Assembly: GCA_951406725.2 (NCBI GenBank)
Contig: OX597842.1
Coordinates: forward strand, 13,888,001-13,952,000
Reading direction: 5' to 3'
DNA: 64,000 bases
Source: Octopus vulgaris
Taxonomy: Eukaryota
This document shows, one piece after another, positions 13,785 to 27,988 of the stretch. Below the pieces are notes generated by a model. That model made no database searches. It was not told the origin of the DNA and saw nothing but the letters and a program-made list of their open reading frames with translations. The translations under genes and the position numbers were made by a program. Within the stretch, counting starts at the first letter, position 1. Each line of letters begins with the position of its first letter.

Positions 13785-15403
13785 CTATGTATGTATGTAA
13801 GTATATATATATTTGACACCCTAATGGAGGCCTTAACTCCCAAAATTTAGTTACTTCTTTTATCATCCCAAGTTATTTCAAAGGTACTGAATGGATCTTT
13901 ATGAGATCTGTAAATTACATCCTATAAAATAGGGCCATAACCCCCATGACAATTCACATAGTTTTGCTGTTGATGAAATTTTAACCATACATATTAGATA
14001 AAAATGAAGTAATATTTATATAATTTCATTCTCTTACAAGTTACAAAGACCCCGCCGTGGGGACTTAACACCACAATTTTGTCATTTTATCTAAGCAAAA
14101 ACGAATACAGTTGTGCTCTTCGAAGCTGTAAGGTTACCCGAGCATACAAGATGAGCATTATTTGTAATTCAATGGTACAACAGTGTAACAGTTTGCTTTG
14201 TCATACACTTACATTGTGATATCTGCAATGTGGTGTCAAGTAAATGAGTTGCAAAGTGTCGAGTAAAGTTATTTGATTGCAGACCTCCTTTCAGTCTTTT
14301 TATTATCACTGAGTCACACATGGTCCCCAGATGGTAACATTGATTTCGAGGCCTTCCCAGACGTGTGACTGCTTATTAAAACACATTTATTGATTGTAAA
14401 TTTATTCTGTCCAGTTACGTATCAGTATAGAGGTCATTTGCAAACTCCAGAAGTGACACTTTCATTTCTCCTTAGCCCTCACCTCACACCTTGTTAATGT
14501 TTATTTCAGTTGGGTGACGCCCTTCCAATTGCTATAGATTCGTAATGCATCTTCCGGCTGTGCCTCTCATCTGGATGGTGAGGAAGCCTACATTGGGAGT
14601 ACTAATGATAAGGTTGGGTAACTGACTGCTTATTGTGATCATTCTTCTTTTGGTTTCCTGTAGAGTTGCTCTCTTTTACAAACCCAGTGAATATATATTT
14701 CCTATTTCAAAGAAATTCAAACAAAAGATATAAGACCCAATTTAAAAAGATTCTCAACAAATCAACTTCTCTGGTTGACATTAATATGCCCACCCCCAAC
14801 GGAAGCCTAAACTCACATTTTAGAGCTCCATGACCTTCATTTTTCAGGAGCAAAATGTTTTTATTAAATTTAATAAGACTGGAATTTTGGAATATGCACA
14901 TACAAAGCAGTAGTATGGGATACATGTGGCACGATTACAATTTTTGTGGTGTGTGTAAAAAGGGAAATAACCCTCATCTGCAATTTTGATGAAATTCGAA
15001 ACATTGATATTCCAGTCGATTACAGAAGATATAACAGAGATGCACAGATACAAATTGCACTAAAAGTATTCCTTCAATTGTCACACACTGATATATCCGA
15101 AATCTAAAGAATGGCCCTCCACAACATTATCAGTGATTCACAAACAACAAACTGTTCAGATGGAGTATAATTGTAAAAATACTCAGACATATGCTCATGC
15201 ATGCAATAAATGGGTTCCATCTTGTATCGTGAACTCGCATATCCAATATTTAAGAAATAGATCCACACTCACTCCAATTCATAAACAATAAACTCTGGTT
15301 TGGAAGGATGCTTGAGGAAGCTTAAACGAAAGATGGGTTCACATTACAGATTGAGCGAGATTTAGACAATGAAATATTAAAGAAGAAAACTGATTCAACT
15401 TAC

Positions 15404-15475
15404 AGTGTTCTTAAACTGGACAAATATCGGAAGGTGTCAGGTTTGATTACTTGGATATTATTTCTAGAAAAGGTC
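15404..15475 (-). CDS. LRR exon (72 nt): TFSRNNIQVIKPDTFRYLSSLRTL
   Basis: Acceptor ttttatgttccag|, donor |gtaagt; open frame. Confidence 0.88.
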
Positions 15476-16925
15476 CTGGAACATAAAATTGAGTTAAGAA
15501 GCAATTTTATGAGACATTTATGACAGAACTTTGGGTAAACAGTTACATGAAGGAAAGGATGAACATCAAATCAAGATGACGATTAGATTGTTACAGATGA
15601 AGTTGTCGACAATGATGTTGATGATGATGATAATAAGTCGAATGAGGGAGAAGAAGGAAGAGAGGAGGATGAGGAGGAAGGAAACCTGTGCTGATAGATT
15701 TTGTTGTAGAATATCTGGTCTTGACAGTTATTAATATGAGGTTGAAGCAGAGGTAAAAATCTATGGCGGTAGAGTTGATGAAGATATTGAGGTGATGATG
15801 ATCAGAGTGATGTTGTTAATGCTGATTGTTATGATAATGATTGGGGATTAGCATTTAAATAGTGAATATGAATATGATATTGAGTATGATGACGATGAAG
15901 GTGATGGGTCTGTTATCTATGATCAGGATGACCAGGAGATTGTGTATTCCTATCGTGGTGCTTTTTGGTAATCGATGATAACGATGATGACGAGGGCGAC
16001 GATAAAGTTGACGATGTTTATGTTCGAGAAAGGTAACAACGAAGATGAGAATAATGACGGTGATGAGGATGGAGAGGAAGACGTCAATAATTATCACGGC
16101 AGTAATTGTGGCGAATTAAATTGTAGAGATTTTAGAGGAAAAGAGAACTCAGCGGATGATTGAGATTGAGAAACTCTTATGAAGAATTCAAGAAAGAGAA
16201 TTTTTACACACACGAAACGAAGAAGAAGAAGAAGAAGAAGAAGAAGAAGAGTAGAGGAAGGGGGAGGAAGCTGAAGTATAGGAGCAGGAGGGGAAGAAGA
16301 AGAAAAAGAAGATGAAGGAGAAGAAAATAAAGAGAAAGAGAAGAAAAAGTGAAACAAGTATTAATATTCAATGACGATAGAGATTTCAATAATGTAGATG
16401 ATACCCAGATCTAATTACACATATATTTTGATGTGCTCGAATACCCGCATCTATACACAAACAAACACACAAACACCAGACGCACCACTGTTCACACACA
16501 CACACACATGTATACACACATACAAGTATACGTATAAAATCCGTAGTGTGGTCAGAGTAAGTTTGAGAAGATACACAGTTATATACATATACATGCAGTT
16601 AATGCATTCCGCCTTGTATATATCCCTTATTTCAAATTCATGATCAATAAATATAGGAGAACGATGAGGGGGAAGGGGTGAAAGAAAACTATGGTGATAG
16701 AGATGGTGGTAGGTGTGATATTTATAGTGATGAATATTATATAAGGCAGAGGTGAAAATATATGGTGTTACTATCCATAAAGAAGAGATGATGATGATGG
16801 AAATATAAATACCCTCCTTGATATAGAGACCGAATTACTAGTAAATTTTCATACACTTGCATACACATATCCATAGATAAACAGACACGTAGACACACAA
16901 CCACAAATGGCCAACACCATTATGT

Positions 16926-16967
<42 letters not shown>

Positions 16968-17068
16968 TAATATATATATGTATATAGGTATATATATATG
17001 TATATATATATATATATAGGTGAATATATACATATATATATATACACATACACATACAAACACACGCA

Positions 17069-17170
<102 letters not shown>

Positions 17171-17536
17171 CACTGACATAACACTTGCACTACATGTTTC
17201 CCTTCAATTGTCACAAACTGAAATCTCAAGAATGGGCCTCTACAACATTCGCAGTGTTTCGCAAACAAGAAAACAGTTCAGATAGAGAAAAAGAAAAATA
17301 GTTAACAAACTCAGAGCTATACACATGTAAGCAATAAATGGGTTCCGCCTTGTATCGTGACCTCACATATCCAAAATTTGAGAAATGGACCCATACTCAC
17401 ACTCTCAAATTCACAAAAAAGAATATACCTGTATGTAAGTTTGTGTGAGGGATCTTAAATGAACGATGGGTAAATATTACATATTGAGAAAGATATCATC
17501 AATGAAATACTAAAGGAGAAAACTGATTCAACTTAC

Positions 17537-17608
17537 ATATATTCTAAACTGGGCAAATTTCGGAAGACGTTAGGTTTGATTTCCGTGATGGCATTACTAG
17601 CCAAGTCT
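17537..17608 (-). CDS. LRR exon (72 nt): DLASNAITEIKPNVFRNLPSLEY(M)
   Basis: Acceptor ttttctgtttcag|, donor |gtaagt; open frame. Confidence 0.9.
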
Positions 17609-17914
17609 CTGAAACAGAAAATTGAGTTAAAAAGTAATGTTTTAGAATATTAATGACAGAGTTTAGGGTAAACAATTAGATGAAGGAATAGATGTACAGT
17701 ATATCAAATTGATGAAAAGTTTGATGACGATGTCTTTAGAGACAATGATGTTGATGATGATGACGACGAACGAGAGAGGAGATAGGCGTAGGATGAGTGG
17801 GAAAGGATGAAAGAAAACTGTAGTGATAGAGATGGTAGTAGTTGTGATATTGATAGTGATGAATATGATATAAGTCAAGGGTGAAAATATATGTTGTTAT
17901 TATCCATAACGAAG

Positions 17915-17962
<48 letters not shown>

Positions 17963-19486
17963 CGAGATTGATGTTAATATTGACTGATGTTGTTAGTGAA
18001 TATGAATATGATATTGATGATGATGACGTTGTGGCAATGTGTCTGTATGGTGTTCAAGATCGTGTATTTCTATCATGGTGCTTTTGGCAATAAATGATGT
18101 CGATGATGTTGAGGGAGATGATGAAATATACGATGTTTAAGACTGGGAGAATGTTCACAGTGAGTACGAGAATAATGACGGTGATGCGGACAGCGAGGAA
18201 GACGTCGATAACTGTTACGGTGGCAATGGAGGTGATTGAAATAGTAGAGATTTGAGAGGAACACATAATTCAGCAGAAGATAGGGAAAGAGTAATTGTTA
18301 TGAAGAGATCATGAAAGAGGATTTTGATATACAGAAGATAAAGAAGTGGAGAAGAAGAAGAAGAAGAAGAAGAAGAAGAAGATGATGATGAAGTGGGCGA
18401 CGAAGAAGAACAGAAAGAAGTAGACGAAGATGAAAGAGATGGAGGTGAAGAGGAAGGAGAAGGAGAAGGAAAGGAATAGAAGTTGAACTGAAGGAGAGTT
18501 AGAAAGATGAAGTAAAGAACAAGTAGAAATAAGGGAAAGAAGGGTTCCAGGAGACGAAGAAGTAGTAAAAGTAGAAGATAAAGCAGAGGAAGTAAAGTTA
18601 TATAATGAGAAGTAAAAAAGAAAGACGATAAGGAGGGGAAGACAAAAAGAAGAAATAGGAGGAGGAAGGGGAGCAACTTCTACTCCTTTCCTTCTCCTTC
18701 TCATTTATCATCATCATCTTTTTTCTTCCCCTTCACCTCCGTCTCCTTCATCTTCACCTAATTTTTACTATTCTTCTCCCTCTTAATCTTCCTCTACTTC
18801 ATTTCCTTCTTCGTCTTCTTCTACTACTACTACTACTACTACTACTATTACTACTGCTGCTGCGGCTACTACCATTTCCTCTTCTTCATTTCCTTCTTTC
18901 TCCTCTTAATATTCACATAAATACCGTACTCGATATACAGAGCGATTTACTAGTAAATATTTATAAACTTGCATACACATACGCACACAACTACACACAG
19001 CCAACACCATTATGTTGATGTACATATATGTATACATAAATATAAACATTATATATATATATATATATATATATAAGGAAAGAAAATCAAAAGGGGAAAG
19101 AAGGGTTGAACGAACATGAAGTAGGAAAAGAAGAAGACGATGTAGGAAATGAAGAAAAAATATATAAATAAATGTAAAAGTAGGAGGAAAAAAAAAGAAG
19201 AAGGTGGAGGAGAAAAGGAAGAAAATGAAGATGAAGGAAATGGAGTAGGAAGTGGAGCAGGTGGATGATAACGAGGAAATAGAAAAACAGGAAATCTAAG
19301 ATGTTAATCATTGGTGATGGAAAAATAAATACGGTTCATGATGTAGAGACCGAATTACCAGTACATTTTTATACACTGCATACACACGTCCATAGAAAAA
19401 CAGACACATACATACACAACCACACACAATGACAACAGCCATATCTATATATACAACGCCCCCACAAACTGAGACACACACAAACG

Positions 19487-19530
<44 letters not shown>

Positions 19531-19534
<4 letters not shown>

Positions 19535-21700
19535 CTCAAAGTAACTAGGGCGAATAACATTCTGGATCTCTGCTTCACGAACAATATGGACATCATTCAT
19601 GATGTGAAAGTGACACCGACATTAGTCTCGGATCACATCATAATAGAGCTGTCTATGCTTGGGTCGAAAATAAGCATAGACATACAGCCTAAAGGAAGCA
19701 CCCGAAATCTCTCCAATCTGAACTTCCACAAAGCATATTGGAAATCGATCCAAAAAGAGATCCTCAGAGAGGACTGGCCGAAATTTCTCTCCACACCAAA
19801 CCAACATCCCAAAAGAAGCGAAACGTCCCACCTAAAAACAACACTGATAGAGATCGAAAAAAGGCTGTAACAATTCTATGTAAGGGAGAAAGCAGACAAA
19901 GAAGCCTGGGTTATAAAACACATTAAATCAAAGGCAAAGGCCTTCTTTCATTACGCGAAAGAAACAACCTCCGTGCACTACAAGATAGGACTCCTCCTCC
20001 AAAAGGACGGCTCCCTCACAGAGAGTCCAACTAAGATCAGTGAGATGCTGAATGACCAGTTCAAAATTGTCTTTACCACCCCGTTGGAAAACAGAAAAGT
20101 GAACGAACCAGTGGACTTCTTTGCCGCCTCACCTATAACCAACGAAGCAGTTACGATAGAATACATTGACATTATCGAATAAGACGTACTACTAGCCACA
20201 GATGAAGAGGACACAAACACAACTGCTGGTCCTGATGGTTTCCCAGCAATCCTCCTCAAATTCTGAAAACATGCCCTAGCAAAACCCATCAAGATTCTCT
20301 TCCAGAACTTTCTTACAAATGGCAAACTGCCAAGCAAGCTGAAGGAGGGAATAATATGCCCAATACTTAAGGGGGTGAGTAGAGCAGATGCCAAAACATA
20401 TAGGCCTATCTCTATGACTTCACACATCAGCAAAGTCATGGAACGGATAGTTAGAGGGAAACTAATCGCATTCCTTGAAACAAATGACTTGCTAAGTGAT
20501 ACCAAACATGGTTTTCGACCAGGTAGGAGCTGCCTGACCCAGCTCTTACAACATTATGACTGGGTGTTGAAGCAGTTACTCAACAAATCAAATGTGGATG
20601 TAATCTACCTTAATTTTGCAAAACCTTTTGACAAGGTGGATCATGGCATGACATGCCACAAACTGCGTGACCTCGGCATAGCTGAAAAACTTGGAGTGTG
20701 GTTACATAACTTCCTGAAAGATAGGAGCAAGGCAGTAGTAGCTAATGGAGTCACCTCTATGAACACACAAATTGTGAGCGGTGTTCCACAGGTCACTGTC
20801 TTGGGACCACTGCTTTTTATAGTGGCCCTCTCAGATATGCCCTCAAATGCCCGGATAGCCACTCTGGCAAGCTATGTAGATGATACTAAAGTCTCACAGA
20901 AAATACAGAAGATCAGCTATGTCGTACACCAGCAGCAGGAGTTGGACTCAATTTACAGATGGGCTGAGGATAATAATATGCAGTTTAATGATGAAAAATT
21001 CCAGGCCCTGCGCTACCAGCATCCAAAACTGAATATTAAACCTACAGGGTACACCGGTCCACAGGGAATTTCAATCCCAGAGCCTAAGTCAGTGAGGGAC
21101 CGTGGTATCGACATGAGTGAGGATACCTCTTTCCAAGTGCACATTACGACTGGCTGGATGGATCCTAAGAACATTCAGAACCAGAGATAAGGAAACCATG
21201 ATGGTCCTCTGGTGGATATTCGTCCTCAGCCGCCTGGATTAGTGCCCACAGCTATGGTTACCCACCAGTGTGAGATTAACAGCAGATCTTGAAGCAATCC
21301 AGAGAAGATTCACAAAGAAGATCGTCTCTTTGCAACAGTTCAGCGACTGGGAACGGTTGAAACAGCTAAGACTCTACTCCCTGGAGAGAAGACGGGAGGG
21401 GTGTGCAGTAATATATATCTGGAAGATCCTGGAAGGAATCGTGCCAAATTTTGGCATTGAAAGCTACACCAATGCCAGAACGGCATGACACTGCATAGTG
21501 ACAAAGATCCCAGCAACGCTATCATGCATCAGGACCAGTTACTGCTAGAGCCTGGGTTTCAAGGGCCCACAGCTTTTTAATATTCTCCCAAAGAGTCTGA
21601 GGAACTTGCACAAAGAAGATGTAGGGGTTTTTATATCAAAGCTAGGCCTCTTCCAGCTGAGAGTCCCAGATGAACCTAGCTCACGGCAAGTGGTGCAAAA
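19531..21700 (+). mobile_element. 5'-truncated, decayed CR1/L2-group LINE (RT)
   Basis: GPDG, YRPISMTSHISKVMER, VDVIYLNFAKPFDKVDH, SGVPQVTVLGPLLF, YVDDTK, LEAIQRRFTK, LYSLERRR; stops and frameshifts. Confidence 0.9.
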
Positions 21701-22149
21701 CAGGCGGAGAAGAAGAAAAAAAGGCAGGGTTAGATATGCTCTGGAAGTACATCTCTGTGTTAGATGAAAAACAGAAGGGGGAAATTATGGATACAGGGCA
21801 CTGAACAGGAAGTATGGTATTGATTATTAAAAGAGTCTGACTGTGGTAATGGAGGGACTGAAATAGCACTTTGTGCAAAGAAAGCAATGATGGTATGATA
21901 GTCCCAAAAAGAAGTCGCCCAGGAGAATAGTTTATTCAGAGTAGATAAGAAGAGGTTCTACAAATATTGAGAGTATAAAGTGGAATCAAAGTATTTCCTT
22001 ATTTGACGTAATCCCTATATTTAAAGGCTTCCTTAATTCGCGAGTCGAGCGAGTATGTCTTGGCAACATATCTAATGCTTTTACTAATTCCTTCAGGTGC
22101 CTTTGTATTTCCGAGCAGACATAGATATACTTTTTTATCTCCAACCCTA

Positions 22150-22300
22150 ACCCTAACCCAGCTGTCGCATCCAACACTTGACTGGTACACATTTACAGCT
22201 GAGTAGACTGGATCATTCCTGATCAACGTCCCAAACACCGAGCTTAGTTCAAGAACTGAACCAATCACATTATGATCATGCAGCGACATGCTAATCACTG
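22150..22300 (-). mobile_element. Degenerate tRNA-derived SINE (duplicate at ~29455-29605)
   Basis: Minus strand shows A/B-box-like head (cagtgattagc...ggttcagttc) and the ccagtctactcagctgtaaatgtgtacc body motif. Confidence 0.5.
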
Positions 22301-23447
22301 TATCATATCTTTCACACACACTGAGGTACTACAAGTAGAAACTGATGCCAACAGCTCAAATGCAGCCCAAAACAATTTTCCCCTCTCATCAACAAGTCAC
22401 TGGATCCACGCTCAAATCATATCCAGTGATATGGTAGTTTTAACGGTCAAAACATCGGATTTAATCTATTGGCTGAAGCTAAAATCCCAGAGATAGGAAC
22501 AGATTGCAGAAAATGATAGAATATCATAAATTGCCTGACAAGAAATTCAAAGTTGTCTCTTGAATAAAGTCCAACATCCTTTCACACAAAAACATCTAAA
22601 AATCTAAGGATTCTGGCAGCCATAATGAATTCTCATCTCTTTTGATCATGAAGGAAGTCACTTTTGAAGAAGAACATCATTATAGGAGAAAGTAGATCCC
22701 GTGTATATCTAGGACGGAATTTATAAGACAATGTTTTTTTCTTTTTAGTACCAGAAAATATTTCAATCCTAACAACTCCCACTTTTTGACGCTCAAGTAA
22801 CCAAAGTAAGACCACTCTTTTTATTAACATTCCTTCAGTAATATTAACCGCTATGTTTATTTCTTCATCCTCAGAACATCGGATTCCGGAATGTCCTCCA
22901 TGTTCCTGTCTTCTTTCCGGCGGGGATTTATCTGTAATAATTTAAACGGAGCATTACCATCATCACTCTCACCCATATCACACAACCAGCGAAATTAATG
23001 ATCTCTACTTCTTCTTCAAAACGCAGAAAGTAAAAACAATTGGGATTTGAACTTAAAATACAAAGAGCTAGAAAATTTCCATACGAAACCCAATCCCACA
23101 TCCCTACACTTTGTTTCGTCCACTGGCCTCTTTAAGTACGCAAAAAGCCGTAAGTTAAGGACATCCTCGGCTAGATTTTAAGTTGGAATACTGAATGCCA
23201 GATTAAATACCACAAGGTGTAATTCAACTTGATGACCTGCAGGTTCGGCCAATTTTTGACTAAATTATGAATTAAAATTTCTAAATAATATATATCGTAT
23301 ATTCACCATCTGCAGATATACGGATTTCTATTTAATTCAGACAATCCCAAATGTGTAGAGAATCAAGTGAATTCGCTTGAATCGATCGAATATAATATTG
23401 GAATATTTTATTTAAACTGGAAACTTGAAATATTTATTGCCATATAA

Positions 23448-23592
23448 CTTTTTCTACTGTAGGCACAAGACCCGAAATTTTGGAGGAAGGAAAGTCGATT
23501 AGATCGACCCTAGTATGCAACTGATACTTATTTTATCGACCCCGAAAGGATGAAAGGCAAAGTCGACTTCGGCGGAATTTGAAGTCAGAACG
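23448..23592 (-). mobile_element. SINE fragment with Meta-domain-like core (duplicate at ~30764-30908)
   Basis: Minus strand ttcaaattccgccgaagtcgactttgcctttcatcctttcggggtcgataaaataagtatc. Confidence 0.7.
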
Positions 23593-24165
23593 ATTAATGC
23601 AATATAATACAAATCCTTTAATCTGAAATAATACTCAGGAAGAGTCGAACCCTCTCTGTACAATCTAGGGTACTTTTCAGTTGAACTGTAACAGAGAGAT
23701 CAGCTAAATCATAAGCTTAAAGAATTTTGTAGAATTATAACTAATGTGTTTTTATTTCGAAAAAGGTATCGGGTTTATGATATCACCCTAAATTTTACCG
23801 ATGACGTCTTTAATAAAAAATGAGTTTCACGAAGAAAACGAAAATGATGACAAGAAGAAGAAGACGATGACAGATGCAAAGTAGAAGATAAAAAAAGGAA
23901 AATGAATAAGAGTGGAAAAAAATATTAGTGTGCAGATAGTGCAAAAGAAAAATTAGAAGAAGAAGCAGAAGAAGAAGAAGAAGAGGAAGAAGAAGAAGAA
24001 GCAAAAGAAGAAGAAGAAGAAGAAGAGGTAGTAGGAGAAGAAGAAGAAGAAGAAGAAGAGGTAGGAGAAGAAGAAGAAGAAGAAGAAGAAGAAGAAAAAG
24101 AAGAAGAAGGAGAAAAAGAAAAAGAAGTAGGAGAAGAAGAAGGGGAAGAAGAAGAAGTAGAAGAA

Positions 24166-24210
<45 letters not shown>

Positions 24211-24730
24211 TAAGAATAATAATGAGAAGAAGAAGAATGAGAAAAAGAAGTAGAAGAAGAAGAAGAAGAAAATAATAAAAATAATGATAATAATAATAAT
24301 AATAACAATAACAATAATAATGAGAAGAAGAAGAAGAAGAAGAAGAAGAAGAAGAAGAAGAAGAAGAAGAAGAAGAATTAGTGTATGAATAATCTACTTC
24401 TAAATATACAATTAGATGTAATATTAAATGATGTGAATTAGCATCGATCTATCGATCTAGAGGTAATCACCGTACATAATGTGCATATCGTATTACACTC
24501 ATATATGAATGCACTTCTTCAGACACAGACGCAAATACATGCATTTGCTGAAAAGTTTCCTCTCAATTCTCACCCTTTCCTATATGCCATATCTTATACA
24601 TGGGGCTTCCCACTCTTTAACACACAATTACAGAAAGGTGGAGGATCATATAATCAAGTAAGGGACGATATTACAAATATGGAAATATATCAGCAATGAT
24701 ATACTATAAATAAAAACTGATTTGACTTAC

Positions 24731-24802
24731 AGCGTTTCCAAACTGGTCAGGTTTCGGAAGGTTTCAGGTTTTATTTCCTTCAGGTTAGTTTGGTGCAAAT
24801 AT
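24731..24802 (-). CDS. LRR exon (72 nt): YLHQTNLKEIKPETFRNLTSLETL
   Basis: Acceptor ttttatgttccag|, donor |gtaagt; open frame (consensus N replaced by T). Confidence 0.88.
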
Positions 24803-24864
24803 CTGGAACATAAAACTGAGTCAAGATAAAACTTTATGGAACAGGTTTTTGGAAGTATATAACA

Positions 24865-26529
24865 CTAGCAGTATCGCCCGGCGTTGCTCGGGTTTGTAAG
24901 GGAAATAACTATATAAGCATTTTTAGAGAGTTATAGCCAAAAAATAGCAAAAACATGCATCAAAAATGGAAAAAAATTAAGGTAAATTTTTTATTTAAAT
25001 CGTTGACACATCGTAGATATTTTTAGAGAGTTACTTCCCTTATATAATAGCGAAAAATGCATTAAAATGGAAAAATATGATGGTAATTTTTTTTTAAATC
25101 GTAGACTCATCGTAGACGCGCGCTAATACCCAGAAGGGCTCGATATGGATCACGACTAAAAGATACCCGCTTTTGGTTAAACTGCACCGCAAAATGTGGG
25201 AGTAGTTACGAATCTAAATCGTAGGAGACAGACACACAACTTCACTTTTATATATAAAGATATAAACCACGTAGTTATATACACATACTTTGTTATATAC
25301 ACATTCTTAAAAGAAAATGTTATTTTGAACACAACATTTATAAAGAATAAAATATTTTTTGGTTTTTCTTTTAAAAGGATGAATACATTTATTAATAACT
25401 ATATATAAGTGTCGTCTGTTTATACATAAACAGTGTTTCATACTGCAATTATATATACATATATCTATATATAATATTATATAATAAAATACATACAGAA
25501 TATGTGTATATATTTATGTATGTATAAATATATACTGAAAGAAGCTCGGCTCGCCAATTAATACTACCAAAATTTAACGACAGAAAGTAAATTAAAAATC
25601 AATTTACCTTTTCTGTATTGTTATGGCAATTCGACCGTCGGTGTGTTTTTGCAAATGTGTTCGAATGAGAAGTGAGTTGTGTTTGGCGCCTTTTTTACTA
25701 AGAACAAACACACACGTGTTTGTATGTAGTTGTTTGAAACGTTTGTGTTTGTCACTGTCATATATGTATGTGTATGCGTGTGTGTGAGGAATGGCAAACC
25801 AGATAGATAGCGCGCGAATTTCTTTTGAAGTTCGCGCTCCGCTTGTGTGTGTGTGTGTGTGCGTGTTTTAGGTGTACGTAGGTATGTGTACTCTCTCTGT
25901 CTCTTTACACACACTAACAAAAGCACTTCACTTAGACACCACACTTTCTGTGTCGCACAGCCCATCAAACACACACACACACTCACGCACGCACACATGT
26001 ACATCAATGCTTTCGGAGTGAAATGTTAAAGTATTGAGTTTTCTCGAATTTTGTCTTAATTGGGGGTGAAATTGAAAGAAATTTTGTATGGCATGACCGA
26101 ATGGTAGTACTTTGAAAAATCATAGGTAAACTCTAATTGAAGAAATTGTGTGAGGAGTAAATCGTTATGTATTTCTTTGTTTCTGTTTGCTGTGTTTTTT
26201 TTAGTAGTGGTTTAAGGTACACTTGCAAAGAGAAAGTGGGAGAAATTGGGGTGATAGCGTGAGTGAAGCAGATCGCTCCGTTTTTGAGGGTGTGCGTGTG
26301 TGTGTGCTGTAGCCCACACTAAGAAAAGCACTTCACTTACACACCACAATGTGAGTTTTCTCTAAATTTTGCTTAATTGGGGTTGAAATTTTAAAAACCG
26401 GACCTGGCACGACCCGATGCATTCTACTCTTAAAAATGCTAGGCAAATTGTAATGGAAGAAATCCTATATTGTAGATTTCTATAAGAGACAAAGGGAGGC
26501 AGATAAAATCTGCCTTTTATAATAAGAGA
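24865..26529 (-). mobile_element. Composite non-autonomous Helitron insertion
   Basis: 5'-TC...hairpin cccgagcaacgccggg...CTAG-3' inserted at A|T; the empty site is present in the sister duplicate at ~32590; a second 5'-end-like motif lies at ~25260. Confidence 0.82.
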
Positions 26530-27097
26530 TATTTCGACTAAAGAATTAGACTATGGAAATCATGAAGAGTTGATTACGGTTCTGTTGAAATTGATAATGA
26601 TGATGATGATGATGTTCAAATTTGTGCAACTAACTGCGGTTGTCTATGGTAATGAATAAAGTTGATGATGAACCTGACAACGTTGACGCCTGAGAGAAAG
26701 AATAGTGTTGCGGAGAATAGTCTCGGTAATAATGATGGGAACGAAGAACGTTTCGGGGACCACTACCCTGGGATGATCATGAAGCAAGCAAGCTTGTAAT
26801 TGTGCACGCACGTGTGTATGCAAGCATGTGTGTATGTGTGTGTGTTTCTGTGTGCGTGTGTGTGTTAACTCAATATTTAAACATGAAGAACGAAGACTAT
26901 TACATCTTCAAAATTTATTTGTTGAAGCATTTTCTTCATATTACATTCATTGGTTAATCAGCCCAAGATTTCCTCAGGGTGCTAAAAAGTATCTGCTCGG
27001 ATTTCAAATCCCTATTCCATTAAGTTACATATGTGTGTGTGTGTGTGTGTGTGTGTCTGGCTGTGTGTATATATGTATGTATATGCATATGTATATA

Positions 27098-27988
27098 CGA
27101 GGGGATACACAAAAGTAACCGTAAATGTTCTCTGGAAGACAAACCCGTTGTAGTTCAGGTTTCCGTCGCTAAACTCCAATTGATGCGACTGTCAGGCATC
27201 AGTCAGCCAACCGGCGTTATCCGGTAGTGTTGTACTGCCGCGTAGTTCGTCTTTGTTTTGACGTGTTTCTGCTCAGTTCGTAAGTTTTTTGCAATGGCTG
27301 GAACGAAGGAACATTGTGCATCTGTGAAATTCTCTTTACTGCTGCTGAAAACTGCAGATGAAACAATTTTCATGCATCCCATCGCAAGGATGATGCAATG
27401 GGCAAAGCACAAGTTTATGAATGGTTTTCACGATTTAGAAATGGTCACTTGTCGATTGAAAACTAACCTCATTAATGACAACCGTCGACCTCCCGAACAT
27501 CATGAAAATTCATGATCTGATCCTGGAGGACCGTCACTGAGCAATTGATAAAATTGTTGACATGTCGGTTTTGCCCTGGAGCTCCTGCCAATGAATTTTG
27601 TGCGAGGAATTGTGAATGAAAAGCGTTCCAGCAAAATCTATGCCTCGTTTGCGCATGGAATGTCAAAAACAGTCACGGCTGAATGCGTGTCGTGAGCTAG
27701 AAGAACGATTATGAGATAATACGAAATTTTTTTCGAAGGTCATCAATGGTGACGAAAGCTGGTGCTACGGAATTTGAAGATGTTGAAGTGAGGAAAGAAA
27801 ACGATGGGGGCGTTAAAAAGCATCACTTCGGAATAGGTCCAACACTGATTCCAGTAGCTGAAAAGGCGCCTGCAACGATGCATTGATTAAAATGGAAAAT
27901 ACTCTGAACACAATAAAAATATAAATATGTAAAACTAAGTGAATAATATAATACTTCAAAATTACGGTTTCTTTTGGGCACCGCCTCG
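27098..27988 (+). mobile_element. Internally deleted mariner with imperfect TIRs and TA TSD
   Basis: TA|cgaggggatacacaaaagtaaccg ... cggtttcttttgggcaccgcctcg|TA; GDESWCYG and KRRLQRCID remnants. Confidence 0.88.

Noticed and set aside
13810-15050. Complex non-module sequence, possibly an old DNA transposon
   Set aside because: No convincing TIR/TSD or protein motif could be read by eye
22144-22159. ccctaaccctaaccc telomere-like motif
   Set aside because: Only two units, and one in the sister duplicate; gives no support for a telomeric role of the retrotransposon train
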